64,000 bases of DNA from the human T2T-CHM13v2.0 reference genome, Homo sapiens. The notes beneath the pieces were generated by a model that searched no databases, was not told where the DNA came from, and worked only from the letters and a program-made list of their open reading frames with translations. Below are positions 13,310-30,983 of this stretch, piece after piece. The stretch lies in assembly GCF_009914755.1 (NCBI RefSeq), contig NC_060926.1, one strand, 5' to 3'. The number at the start of each line of letters is the position of its first letter. The first letter of the stretch is position 1. The translations under genes and the position numbers were made by a program.

Positions 13310-15510
13310 CTTTAGGAAATTACTCTTGCTAACTTGTTCATTATGCATTCCTTTGCTATTCTTTTAGTGGATACCTAGATATTATACCATGCATCTTGAG
13401 ATATCGCTGTCTAACACAAATTATTACTTTTACTACTTTCATACTCCTGCTAGAGACTTAGGGCACTTTAATGTCCTTTGCACACTCTTGCCTTGAATAA
13501 TAGTGACTGTTAGGCCTTTTCATTGGAATTCCCAGGACATTCAAGTTATTGCATTTTTTATAGCCAATATTAATTCCTCTACCTCCATAGTTACCCTTTC
13601 CTGTGTTCTTCATTCCCTCATACATTTTCATGTTTCCATCAATAACTATTTTCCTTCTGTAAGGTGATAAACTTTTCCAGCTTTTGTTTACCAAAAACAT
13701 CTTTATCTATATGCTTCAGGAATATTTTAATTGACCATTAAATTCTAGATGATGATTAATTTTCTTTGTATTTTTGTAGCTTAAAGGTGATGAGCTTCCT
13801 GAATATTCGGACTGTCTTTTATCAATTTTGGAAAATCCTTAGCCATCATCTGTTTGAATATTGCTCTAATCTGTTTCCTCTCATCCTTCTAAGACTCCAT
13901 TTACACATACGTAAACATGTCTGAGCGTGTCCTGCATATCTTTCCCTTTTTAAAAAAAATCTGTTCCTTCTTCTTTCTTTGTTTAAGTTCTGGAGTACAT
14001 GTGTAGGGTGCGCAGGTTTACAGAGGTAAATTGTGCCATGGTGGTTTGCTGCACCTATCAACCAAACACCTAGGTGTTAAGCCCCGCATGCATTAGCTAT
14101 TTTTCCTGACGCTCTCCCATCCCCCACCCACCCTTCCCCAACAGGCTCCAGTGTGTCTTGTTCCTCCCCTTGTGTCTATGTGTTCTCATTGTTCAGCTCC
14201 CACTTATAACTGAGAACGTGCGGCGTTTGGTTTTCTGTTTCCGTGTTGGTTTCCTGAGGATAATGGCTTCCAGCTCCAACAATGTCCCTGCAAAGGACAT
14301 GATCTCCTTTCCTTTTACAGCTGCGTAGTATTCCATGCTGTATATGTACCACATTTTCTTTATCCAGTCTATCATTGATGTGCATTTGGGTTGATTCCAT
14401 GTCTTTGCTATTGTGAATAGTTCTGCAATGAACATACGTGTGCATGCATCTTTATAATAGAATAATTTCTATTCCTTTGGGTATATATCCAGTAATGGGA
14501 CTACTGGGTCAAATGGTATTTCTGATTCTAAATCTTTGAGGAATCGCCACACTGTCTTCCATAATGGTTGAACTAATTTACGTTTTCACCAACAGTGTAA
14601 AAGCATTCCTATTTCTCCTCAACCTCTCAACTCTTGTTTCTTGACTTTTTAATAACCGCCATTCTGACTGGTATGAGATGGTATCTCATTGTGGTTTTGA
14701 TCTGCAGTCCTCTAATGATCAGTGATGTTGAGTTTATTTTCATATGTTTGTTGGCCACATGTATGTCTTCTTTTGAGAAGTGTCTGTTCATGTCCTTTGC
14801 CCACTTTTCAATTTTTTTTTTCTGTAAATTTGCTTAAGCTCCTTGTGGATTCTGGATATTACACCTTTGTCATATGGATAGATTGCAAAAATTCCCTCCC
14901 ATTCTATAGGTTGTCTGTTCACTTTGATGATGGTTTCTCTTGCTGCGCAGAAGCTCTTTAGTTTAATTAGATCTGATTTGTCAATTTTTGATTTTTTTTT
15001 TGCAATTGTTTTTGGCAATTTCATCATAAAATCTTTGCCCATGCCTATGTCCTGAAAGGTATTGTCTAGATTTTCTTCTAGGGTTTTTATAGTTTTGGGT
15101 TTTACATTCAAGTCTTTAATCCATCCAAAGTTAATATTTGTACATGGTGTAAAGAAGGGGTCCCACTTCAATTTTCTGCATATGGCTAGCTAGTTCTCCC
15201 AGCACCATTTGTTATATAGGGAATCCTTTCCCTGTTGCTTGTTTTTGTCAGGTTTGTCAAAGGTCAGATGGTTGTAGGTGTGTGGTGTCTGATGTTCTTA
15301 ATCCATTTTTGTTTGTTTGTTCCTCTGGTTGGTTGTTTTCATTATTTTTTCTCTCTATCTTTTAGTTTGGATAATTTTTCTGTTGATTTGTCCTTCAGTT
15401 CACTCATTCTATATTCTTTTGTGTCTAATCTGCTGTGAAATTCATCAGTTGGATTCTTAATTTAATCAATTGCATTTTTTCATTATAAAATGACCATTAG
15501 TCTTTCTTGG
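13310..15510 (-). mobile_element. Ancient L1M fragment, interrupted by an L1PA
   Basis: T-rich degenerate L1 sequence ('tttatcaattttggaaaatccttagccatc', 'gtctaatctgctgtgaaattcatc') on both sides of the L1PA. Confidence 0.55.
13965..15286 (-). mobile_element. 5'-truncated older L1PA (about L1PA10-13): 3' UTR plus ORF2 C-terminus
   Basis: ORF fragments match the ORF2 C-terminus ([19 protein letters not shown]; MFIAELFTIAKTWNQPKC); 3' UTR variant 'taagccccgcatgcattagc'. Confidence 0.88.
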
Positions 15511-15812
15511 ATACTGAAGTAATATTTAAATCTAAGCAACAGCAACTAGCATGCATACAATAATTTACATTAAGCAAACTGGTATTGCTTATTTGTCCTC
15601 ATGTAGTATCTATCATTATATTGTATTATCCCCTCTTTGAAGATGAAGATGGCAAGGCTACACAGAGTGTAACAGGTCTGTTTTTAGATTACTGTAGTTT
15701 CCCAAAGTAGCTATGAGGAAAGAGATTTCTTTCGTTTGAACTGCCTAGATAGACCATTGCTATTGGTCAATTGCACCAGGATCTTTTATTCCTTGGGCCA
15801 TATCCACATTGC

Positions 15813-16210
15813 TGCTATAGATTGGAAGTGTCCCCCAAAGTTTATGTGCTGGAAACGTAATCCTCAGTGCAACAGCATTGAGAGGTGAGACCTTTAAGTG
15901 GTGATTTGGTCAGGAGGGCTCTGCTCTCATGAATGAATTAATGCTATTTACGAGGGAGTAGGTTAGTTGTTACAGGAGTGAATTTCTTATAAAAGGATGA
16001 GTTCAACCCCCTTTCCAATCTCTCTCTCATGCATGCTCTCTTGCTTTTTTGCCTTCTGCTGTGGTATGATGTGGCAAGAAGTCTGTTGCTTGATGTGGGG
16101 CCCTTGACCTTGAACTTCCCAGCATCCAGATTGTAAGAAATAATCTCTGCTCTCTATAAATCACCCAGTCTCAGGTATTGTGTTATAACAGCACAAAATA
16201 GACTAAGACA
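15813..16210 (+). mobile_element. MSTB-like MaLR solo LTR
   Basis: tgctatagattgg...cagtctcaggtattgtgttataacagcacaaaatagactaagaca; near-perfect 5-bp TSD attgc/actgc. Confidence 0.88.
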
Positions 16211-16891
16211 ACTGCTGCATCAGGACCAAAGTGGCCAGAGCCTGTCCACATCGCTCTTTGGGGTGTCTCCACAGACCTTTCTGGGTTCCACTGCAGCCCT
16301 CTGACACCAGAGTATTCTGAATTCATTCTCCGTTTCTTTCGAGATCACTGTCCAATTAGGCAAGGTTTCTTTTCCATCCTTTTACTTATTTTTTTGTTTA
16401 TGAAATTATTCTTTTCAGATACTGGAAGTTCCTAAATCAGAATAAGGAGAAGTTTTGGTTTCAAGGAAATCTTGCTTCAAACAGCAGTTCTGATACAAGT
16501 AACTGTGTGACCTCAGGCAAGTCACAACACCTCCAGGAATTTCCATTTCTTTGGCTGTATACTGAAAATAGTGTTTGTTGCATGGATTAAAGAAAACTAT
16601 TACAGCATTTAGAAAATTGCATGGCCTAGTGTAGGTTCTTATTATAATGTTATCAACTCTGAAAATGTAAAGGACATATCCTGGATTTTTGAGAACAGCC
16701 TAAATAGCAAATAATTGTTTCATTATTAAGTACTGTGTTCCAAGTTTTGGTTCAGAATATGTGGTTACATCTTATATTAACAAGATATCATTATAAGCCA
16801 CTTTATTCTTGAGAATTTCCTTCCCTCTAATGTTTGTCCTTAAGATCAGAAGTCACAACCTCTAATTATTAATTTCTAAATAGGCTGCATT

Positions 16892-17898
16892 TTTTATATT
16901 ATACTCTAAGTTCTGGGATACATATGCAGAAAGTGCAGGCTTGTTACATAGTATACATGTGGCATGGTGGTTTGCTGCATCCATCAACCCGTCATCTACG
17001 TTAGCTATTTCTTATAATGCTATCCCTCCCCTTGTCCCCCACCCTCTGACAGGCACCGGTGTGTGATGTTCCCCTTCCTGTGCCCATATGTTCTCATTGT
17101 TCAACTCCCACTTATGAGTGAGAACATGTGGTGTTTGGTTTTCTGTTCCTGTGTTAGTTTGCTGAGAATGATGGTTTCCAGCTTCATCCATGTCCTGCAA
17201 AGGACATGAGCTCATTCTTTTTTATGGCTGCGTAGTATTCCATGTTATATATGTGCCACATTTTCTTTATCCAGTGTAACATTGATGGGCATTTGGGTTG
17301 GTTCGAAGTCTTTACTATTGTGAAAAGTGCTGCAATAAACATAGGTATATGTGTTTCTTTATAGTAGAATGATTTATAATCCTTTGGGTATATACCCAGT
17401 AATGAGATTGCTGGGTCAAATGGCATTTCTAGTTCTAGATCCTTGAGGAATTGCCACACTGTCTTCCACAATGGTTGAACTAATTTACACTGCCACCAAC
17501 AGTGTAAAAGCATTCCTATTTCTCCACATCACCTCCAGCATCTGTTGTTTCCTGACTTTTTAATGATCACTATTCTAACTGGTGTGAGATGGTGTCTCAC
17601 TGTGGTTTTGATTTGCTTTTCTCTAATGACCAGTGATTATGAGCTTTTTTTCATATGTTTGGCCACATAACCGTCTTCTTTTGAGAAGTGTCTGTTCATA
17701 TCCTTTGCCCACTTTTTAATGTTTTTTTTTTTTTCTTGTAAATTTGTTTAAGTTCCTTGTAGATTCTGGGTAATTAGATCCCATTTGTCAGTGTTGGCTT
17801 TTGTTGCCATTGCTTTTGGTGTTTTAGTCATTAAGTCTTTGCCTATGCCTATGTCTTGAATGGTATTGCCTAGGTTTTCTTCTAGGGATTTTATGGTT
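16892..17898 (-). mobile_element. 5'-truncated L1PA7/8-like element with an internal deletion
   Basis: ORF2 C-terminal peptide ([16 protein letters not shown]); TSD aataggctgcatt (16879-16891) / aataggctgtatt (17899-17911). Confidence 0.9.
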
Positions 17899-18649
17899 AA
17901 TAGGCTGTATTCTTTGGCCATCACTGCACTGGCTTTCTGGAGGATGTTCTGACTAATTGTTTTCTGTCTACAAATTCACAAAAGCCTCCAATGTAAGTAA
18001 ATACACAAATAAATCTTCAGAGTCAAATATATCACAGTAATTATTATTCTTGTGTTTTTTTTAATTATAAAATAAAAACATAGGCATTCATATTGGTAAA
18101 AGTATTCTGATGCTATTTGGCCAAATATTCCAGTTTATAGAGAAGAAAATAAGGCTAAAGAGGGCCAATTCTTCACCAAGAAGGTAAAATAGTGGATAGG
18201 CAGCAGCATTAGAACTGGGATTCAGTTCCCTCAAGTCCTGAATATTGAAATGCTCACCCCTTCCCTAGTAGGCACTTCAAGTTTTGCATAGGCCTCTTAT
18301 CAATCCATATGTTCAGTTCCAATATTAGTATTTCTATACTAGAGCTATAGTCATTCTGAATCCATAGTTTTGAGGACAGACACCAAAGTTGACTTATGCA
18401 CTCATGGACCAAATCCCGGGGACAATTACATTTGGGCAGATGATTTCCTGAAGACAGTTAAACAAACCCCTATAGAGATGTCATGCTCATCTGTCTTTGG
18501 TCACTGGGTCTAACAATTGGAACTTTCCCTGGTGCAGCCAGGAGAATTTCCATGCAGTCCAAGACAACATGGCATTCACCAATTCATCAGATGACTCGGT
18601 TTGAGGCTCTCCTTAAACCATGGTGAGGCTAGAAGACTTGATTTTCACT

Positions 18650-19202
18650 TCCAGATTGCTCTCCTCAGTGTGGGTGGGGCTCATCAAATCTGCTGTGAGC
18701 CTGAACAGAACAAAAAGGCAGAGGAAGGAAGACTTTGCCCTCTTTGCTTCCTGCCTACCTGCATGAGCTGGGATGTAGGTCTCTTCTTGTTCTTGAACTG
18801 GAATTTGTGCCCTTGGCTTCCCTGGTCTCAGCCTTCAGACTTGGCCTGGAATTACACCACCAGCTTCCAGTTTGTAGACAGTGGGATTTCTCAGCCTGTG
18901 TAACCTCATGAGGGAATTTGTCACAGTAAATCTCTCTCTCTCCCCTGACTGTCTCCATATCTCCTGTATATTTATAAATATAATTATATATATCCTATAT
19001 GTTTATATATAAATATATATATTCCATCTATATATAGGTAATTTATATAGAATTACATATAATCCCATATATATCTATATATATTCTCTGCATATTTACA
19101 AATAATTACATCTAGTCATATATAATCATATATATTATCATACATATATCGTTCTATATAAATATATATATTCTATTTCTTGGGAGAGCCCTAAATAATA
19201 CA
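18650..19202 (+). mobile_element. MLT2C/D-like ERVL LTR (5'-partial) with (TA)n tract at about 18960-19170
   Basis: 'gtgggtggggctcatcaaatc...cctgaacagaacaaaaaggcagagg...attacaccaccagcttcc' and terminus 'gagagccctaaataataca'. Confidence 0.8.
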
Positions 19203-20799
19203 CCACTGCACATATTCGGTTAGCACAGAGCTTGATACCCATTAAACTCTCATTATATTTTGCTGAATTTAGTGAATGGAAGCATTTTTTTAAAACCATT
19301 GGAATATGGCATCACAATAACAAATTCTGGAGTGCATGTGTGTGTTTCGAATCCATAAAAAAACAAATCTCTGTCAAATGAATCTGACTTTGTACAGATT
19401 GAGTCTAATAAGAAGAGCCTGGGTTCAAATGGATGATGAACTATTAATCCTCAGCGTCAGCTGGGGAAACTGAAATGAATCACTGGAGAGAGATAAGGGC
19501 GGGAAGATGCAGCTTCTTAAAAGAATAAAACTAAGAATAAGACAGGAACTCTCATTTCAGCCAGATTCATGCAGGTGAACAGGCTGAAGGTGCTGTTTCT
19601 TCTCAAGGGCATATGATGGAAGGAACCTGTCATCCAAGCTGAATTTTCCAGGACTTTTCAGCATGAAGATGTGGTACCAAAACCTGGCTTGAGATTAAGT
19701 TAAATCCATCATTTTGCTAGAACGTGTTCAAGTACCATGCAATAGAATATTTATCAGGAACACTTAAAAGGCTTAAGTGATCCTGAGACAGAAGTTTCCA
19801 TTTGTTCTCTGGAAGATGTACTCTTGTAACAAGTGAGGAATGCAGTGTGTGTGTGTGTTTCTTCATCTTCCTTCTTCATGCTCCTACAGGTTCAATTCCA
19901 TAGATAAACTGTCAGCAAAGAACTTCCAATATAAGAGATACAACAGAGTCTCACACTGAGTGTAGTTGGATGGGCGGTGTCTATTCTGTTTGTTTGGTTT
20001 TAAATAAACTGCAATGTTCTGAGGGATAACAGTTCAAAGGAAACTGACAGTTAAAAATGAAGGTCAGCTCCCAGCAGCTATCTCTGCTGAATGAGATAAC
20101 ATCAGCACACAGCAGACTAGCTGAGGGAAAGTGTGAGAGCTGGCTTATACCGCAGGCTGACAGCGAAAACTCTCAGCACAACAGGGGTATCTGGGCAGAC
20201 AGCGAACAGGGCTGAGAACCTACTATGTGCAGACATGACAGTCTGATTGAATCCCAATAACAATTCTATTGTAATTATTTTACGTATGAACTGTCTCAGG
20301 TTCAGAGAAAGCCAGTGACTGGCCTAGGGTCAAACATACCCTATGCGTGTCCAGGCTGAATCTGTCCATGCCAGGAGCCTCTTCTTTTTGCTTCACCAAA
20401 ACACCCAATGTTCAGTGACTCTTGGCCGACCCACTCTCCTAGACGTGTTGGCTTGAAGGTGTTTGCTGGAAAGTCTGTGAGGGATAGAGTAGAGTGCCTG
20501 GCACGTGATAGGGCACCTAGACCAACCTCAAGTCTTTGCTGTGAGGAAACTTCTCCTCTCTCCAGAAAAATAATTTTAAGTGAGCACGACAGACCTGCTA
20601 TACAGTTATAAACAAAACAAGGCTCAGAGATCCTGGTTAAATCACTTGCCTAGGGTGACATGGTCAGAATGGAACCCAACCGTAGCAAGTGACAAAATCT
20701 GTGTTCTTTCTACCTCTTTCTAGCTTTTGCTTTACATTAAACGACAGAGAAAAAAAAAAAAACTCTTCTTGATTCTCATGTTTTTTATATCCATAATTC

Positions 20800-20830
<31 letters not shown>

Positions 20831-20838
20831 GTGTGTGT
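20800..20838 (+). repeat. (GT)n microsatellite
   Basis: tgtgtgtg run with one gc interruption. Confidence 0.9.
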
Positions 20839-23800
20839 CTTTCACCCTGCTAGTTCTCTCTCTCCCATGCTAAAGAGTCACGACTCTGAGAGCTAGGACT
20901 GTGGAGACGGTATTCAGTTTCTTGTCTTGGCTGGTGGCTGCCACAGTGGAGAATAAACTGTGACTAAACTCCTCACTCCCCAACTATCAATCAAAATTTC
21001 CTGATTTCATCAGCAATTGTAGTGGTCTGGGCCCACAGTATAATTACAGAAATTAGTCCATAATCTCAAAAGAGATAATTATCTTGAATAAAAAATATAA
21101 ATTATAACAATGACTGTGGCACTCATTGTCATGATGTTTACTTCAATCAGATAGGATATGATTTTACCTCTGATTAGCACTTGTGGGTATTGTTGCAACA
21201 CTATCTACAAATCACTGTAAAATGGGCAAAGGTCTCTCCTACTCCTTCCTGACTCTTCCATTGTGTACCTTGCTGCGTCCCTCTACCCTAGCCACAACAC
21301 ATATCCACCCTACTTGTGATACCAGAAGTATATTCCTAGAACATAATCAAATCATGGTCAGATTTATTTATTATGTAAAATATATTCAGTGGTTTATAAT
21401 TGATTGATTGTGCAATGAAGTCCAAGTGCCATGACCTGGTAACCTGGCATTGGAGACACCCTATGAGAGAGCTTGCTCTGCTTCTACCGTGTGTCCCACT
21501 GCCTACCCTTGTGGACCATAAGTTGTAGGCTGGTCAAACTACTTATTACTCAACAACATACCTGCAAGGGTGATATCTTCTTCCCCATGATACCGCTTCC
21601 ACCATCATTGATGTCAACATCCTGCCCATATGGTATACCAAGCTCTAATAACATTCAAGATGGCTTTTTTCCTCATCTCAGGTTGGAAATCATCTTTCCT
21701 GTCTTTGGAGTCTTCATAGTACATAGTTAGATGGATGTTTGAAAAGCACTCGCCATTTTCATGCTATTAAGAGTATTTATGTACAGTCTCACTTCTTCCT
21801 CCATTACATCATAAGGTTCTTCTTACTTGTTGGACAATTTGCCCACACTTTCATCAGGACTAGCATGGTGACTTACAGGTATATAACAGGGGCTAAAAAA
21901 ATTTTGTTTAAAAAATACTTTTGAAACTTTTTAGATCATTAAATTTTCTGCTCTCAGATTAATACTACATTCTGAAGCCTCTAATGCACCATTTTTAATG
22001 TACATCTAAAAAAGAAAATGCAATTTATTATCTGCTGGCAATTGAGCTATAAGACAATGCTTTTTGTAACAGAATTTTTATTCTATATTTATTGAAAGAG
22101 TTCTTTTAGACATATGAGACATTGTTTTTAATCTCATACCACTTAACCAAATATTAAAAAGAAAATATAACTGAGGTTCATTGGTTAAGTGATCCTCAAA
22201 GTATTTCATACTCAAAGCCACTTGTCTGAAATAATTTTCAACTTAGTCGTTGATGTCCATTTCTTTCCCCACAAATTATTATCTTCTGTGCCATCAAGAA
22301 CTTTCCACAATTGCTTCAAGAAATTTGTTTCCAAGTCAATTATATCAAGTCTGCAACATTTAATGCTGGCAGATTCTTGATCTTACAAAAAGGTGTCAAA
22401 AAAAGTATTGAGACAGCAACCAGAATTCATGTTTATTCCTCAAGTAGTCCTTAACTGGTTGTTGACTGAAACATCAAAGACCTGTCATTTTCCTATTATG
22501 CTACTAGAATATTAAGCAACTTCTTGCCAGCAGGAGAAATGTAGCTATATGGCAACTGTAAGATGCTTCTAAATGTTATTGGTGTCAAGATGTAATGTGT
22601 GCAAAAGTTTATCCCAGAATAAACAATCAAACAAACAAAACCCAGATTGCTAGATATTTATTCAAATACTAGTCATTAAGTTTCTTCTGGTGGAATTTAA
22701 GAAATCTATTTTGTTTTTAAAGAACTTACTTACAAGGAGGAAAGCTTGAACATAGCTATCCAAAAGTCATGGTGCAATGTGAAATAAGGGTCATAGGAAA
22801 TTGACAGATAATTCCAGTGTCTCTGGGTACTATTTCTGGGGCCATAGCAAAACCAGAAGAAAACCTGAAAGAGGGAAGTCCAAAGAGCAAGGAGATCCTT
22901 AGGGACCACTGGCAAGTGTCAGTCATAGGTGCCAGATAATGCCAAGAAAAATACAAGGTCTAGCTGACTTGCTGGTATTCAATCAAATTTCATTGCATAT
23001 TAAAATATACATTGATTTTTTTAACCAGAAACATTTTAGGCTGCTTTTAAGTAAACAGGAAATAATAAGTTTAAAGAAACACAAAAAGTTTACACTTCAT
23101 TGATTCAATATTCAATTCATTGGTTTCCAGATTTCATTACTATCATATCCAATTGCACTTGATGTAGACATTGAAAGTGATTATTTATTTGATTTTGACA
23201 AATTTGCAGAAGTAATTTATTTTTAAAAAAATATTTTTACCTATAAAGATATGCTTTTTCTGCAATGAAAGACAGTGCGTAAGGTATTAATTTTCTTAGA
23301 GAGAAAATCTGAACACTATTCTTTTTGTCCTACTGACAGCAATTATGTATCAAGCATTTCATCGAAAATGGGTGCCTCAAAATAAATCCTTAGGACACAA
23401 CTTGATAACTTTCCAATAGGATGTTATATCTCTAACCATGAGTGTTCTTGTTTATAGCTGCGTGGCATATATATTGATTATGTGAACTTCTTTCAAAATA
23501 ATTCTTCTATAATTTGATATAACTTTCATATTCACAAACTTTTCATGATTTTTGTCTGTAAGAAGTTTCAGAATTACATTAGAATTTTAAACTGTTAAGA
23601 TGGCTGGCCTTCTCTATAAATATTCTAGAGATCTCTATTACGCTGGTAAAATGCTATGAGATGCAAAGGCATTCGTTAGTCCAGAGGAGGACTAGTGAAG
23701 TTGTCATGAATTGTACTTTTTAAAGAGGCTTATCCATCCAGTCTGATTACATGTCTCCAGCTGGCCAATCACCCAAATCTCATTCTGGAACTGCTCCAAC

Positions 23801-25516
23801 CTTCATGATACGATTTTCAATTTAGTAATTCTCACAGGATAGACCAGACAGACTCAACCCCTTACCTCTAAACACAAACTGTGCCCTAGAACAAAGAAGG
23901 AAAACACTGCCACAAACTTATAGCATAATAAACACAAAAACATACTCAATTAGAAAACAGTGGAGAGGAGATTAGATCAGCATGTTGGACCAAGTGCACA
24001 TACCACTTTCCCTTTTGACCCAAATCCATAAGAATGACAGAAGAAAAAGAAACATCTAAAAATAAATAAAATCATAGCAATACTGGAAATCAAGAAAGAT
24101 TGCCATAATCTAAACAGAAATTCTTGAAATACAAATTTTCACAGTTGGACAGGAATTCACAAATAAGACGAACAGAGAAGTCAGAATAAACAAACATTTT
24201 AGGAAGATAAACTAAATGAAACAGAGAAGCAAACTCAAAAAAATCACACTAAAATTAGAAATAATATAGGAAATGAAGAAAAAGAACTATGCAATCCATA
24301 ATTTCAGATAGACAAAAGAAAAAATAAACTAATCTCTTAAGAAAAGGAGTCATTTGAGATCTTATGCATGAAAAGTGTGATCCCTGCACAAAACCCACCA
24401 GGGCTTAGTAGTAGGTAGGAGACTCCTTAAGAGAGAATTAACAAAGTGGGAGTTTGAACCATGGGATTTCTCTAGAGTGCAGTACGAATGGACTAAGAGC
24501 TATGAAAGTATAGAAAACTTTAGAAACATCATGGCCAGATCCAGATGCTACAACAACTTCCTAGCAGGCATTCCAGGTGTATAAAATATAGTAGGAGAAA
24601 CAATCAAAGTAAGAGGAAAAAGATTTTTCTGGAGTCTTCAAAATTAAAGAAACAAGGAACTGCCAAACAGGATAAAAGAACATCAACAAACATTCAACTG
24701 GTCCCAGCACGGTGTGATTTCAGAACAAGTCTAGGAATTAGAATATTTCAGTTATGAATCAATGATGAAGGTTCTCATAGGAAGATCATCACTGAAGCTG
24801 CTGGAAGATAATGAGGATTTATTTTCAAAATTCTGAGAAATGTAATGAAAAACTTATAATTTTATTTCCAATAAATCCGTCTAGCATATACATGTAAAAG
24901 CAAAACAAAGGTGATTTAAATATTCAAGGCCACAGAACACATAGCAATTACAGGCTATTTCTCGTAGTATTATTCAAATCCGGACTCTAGCAAAATTAAA
25001 ATTAAATCCGAGAAAGAAAAATACTTGATATAAGAAAGAATGCTGGGACAAAGAGGGTAGTATAACAGTTATAGGCAATTTGTGGAAGAGAAAATACTAA
25101 AGCCTGATAAGCATATGAAGAGATTAAGAATATAAACATTTCTATAGATTTAGGTACAAACATGAAATAGCAATATGCATTGTGGAAGGCACATATCAAT
25201 AAAAGGAGACCAATCAAACTATTAGAATAATTGTTGCTAGTGGAGGAAGGATGGCAATGTACCCCTTGTGCAGACCAGTGATCATGGGGGCATGAACTTA
25301 ATTCAAACCTCTTCACCCCACCAAAAAACAAACGCTAAAGAGAATACATATTTAAATATGAAGATCAAATAAAAAACCACGTTGAGAATTTAAAACTATT
25401 TATCTATCAATACACAAAATACCACCTGTCAAAACCTATGAGATACAGATAAGGCGGTGTGTCCGGGGGAATGGATCAGCCTCAAACAAACATGTCAGTG
25501 GGAGAGGGAGGGAGGA

Positions 25517-25519
<3 letters not shown>

Positions 25520-25566
<47 letters not shown>
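25520..25566 (+). repeat. (GA)n microsatellite
   Basis: More than 20 GA units. Confidence 0.95.
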
Positions 25567-25571
<5 letters not shown>

Positions 25572-26334
25572 CACATAGCTGCAGAAATAAAATAAATGAT
25601 AGTGAATAAAATAAATGGTAAAATACTAAGAATAGTTTTTGCAAATAATTTTGCCAACAGTTTTTCAGAAAATAATTGCCTAAACAAAACTTACTGATAA
25701 AAAGGAAAGGAAAATTTTAGTAAGCTGTTTAATATAAATTGACTAAAGAAAACCAAAATAAAGATGTTTTCAAATATCCACGTCCTCAGAATATGTAGTA
25801 ATCACAGATTATTTCAAATAGTTTTATTCAAATTTTGACTTAGCAAAATACAAATGAAAAACAAAATGTAATTGTTGGAACCTATTTTCACAGTGTCCAG
25901 ACTGATGTAAAAATAAGTTCCACAAAAGATCATTTCCATTATTTTTCAAATTGATCCACTGAACTGAAAAATAAAGAATTATACCCAACACATTTTATGA
26001 CACATTATAATCTTGACAGAAGAGAATTGCATGATAAAGGAAAACTAAAGGCAAATCTCACTCTAAAAGAAAAGTAAAAGTTTATAAATAATATAAAACA
26101 AAGTGCGGTTAAATAACAACAAAAATACCTAATTAAGTTAGGTTTAGCCTAAGAAAGCAAGGATATTTTAATATAAGAATTGTATTAATGTGATCAATCA
26201 TATTAATAAATTAGTTCTAAAACATATTTAGTTGACTAAAATATTCAATATAATATAAAGTTTATTCATGATTTTTAAAATCTGAAACCGAGAATAGGAA
26301 CAACTTCTTCTAACTTGATTAAAATTTGGAACCA

Positions 26335-26675
<341 letters not shown>

Positions 26676-26857
26676 TCAGATTTTCGAGTGAGAACATGTG
26701 GTGTTTGGTTTTCTTTTCTTGTGTTAGTTTGCTGAGAATGATGGTTTCCAGCTTCATCCATGTCCCTACAAAGGACATGAACTCACCTTTTTTTTTTTGG
26801 AGGGAAAATGGATGACCTTTATTTTTTTATTTTTTATTTTTTGGATTTCTCTCATTT

Positions 26858-26888
<31 letters not shown>

Positions 26889-27091
26889 TATTATACTTTA
26901 AGTTTTAGGGTACATGTGCACATTGTGCAGGTTAGTTACATATGTATACATGTGCCATGCTAGTGCACTGCACCCACTAACTCGTCATCTAGCATTAGGT
27001 ATATCTCCCAATGCTATCCCCCCCTCGCCCCACCCCACAACAGTCCCCAGAGTGTGATATTCCCCTTCCTGTGTCCATGTGATCTCATTGT

Positions 27092-30935
<3,844 letters not shown>

Positions 30936-30983
30936 TTATTTTGCTCGTTAGTTGATGCAGTTTCTTCCTAGTCTCGATGGTCT

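Noticed and set aside
15895-15945. DUX4 sites in the MSTB LTR
   Set aside because: The candidate motifs (tgatttggtca, tgaatgaatta) deviate from the consensus, so function cannot be supported.
19860-19965. Possible exon after the acceptor-like 'cttcttcatgctcctacag'
   Set aside because: Reasonable acceptor, but no good downstream donor or coding signal; such motifs are common by chance.
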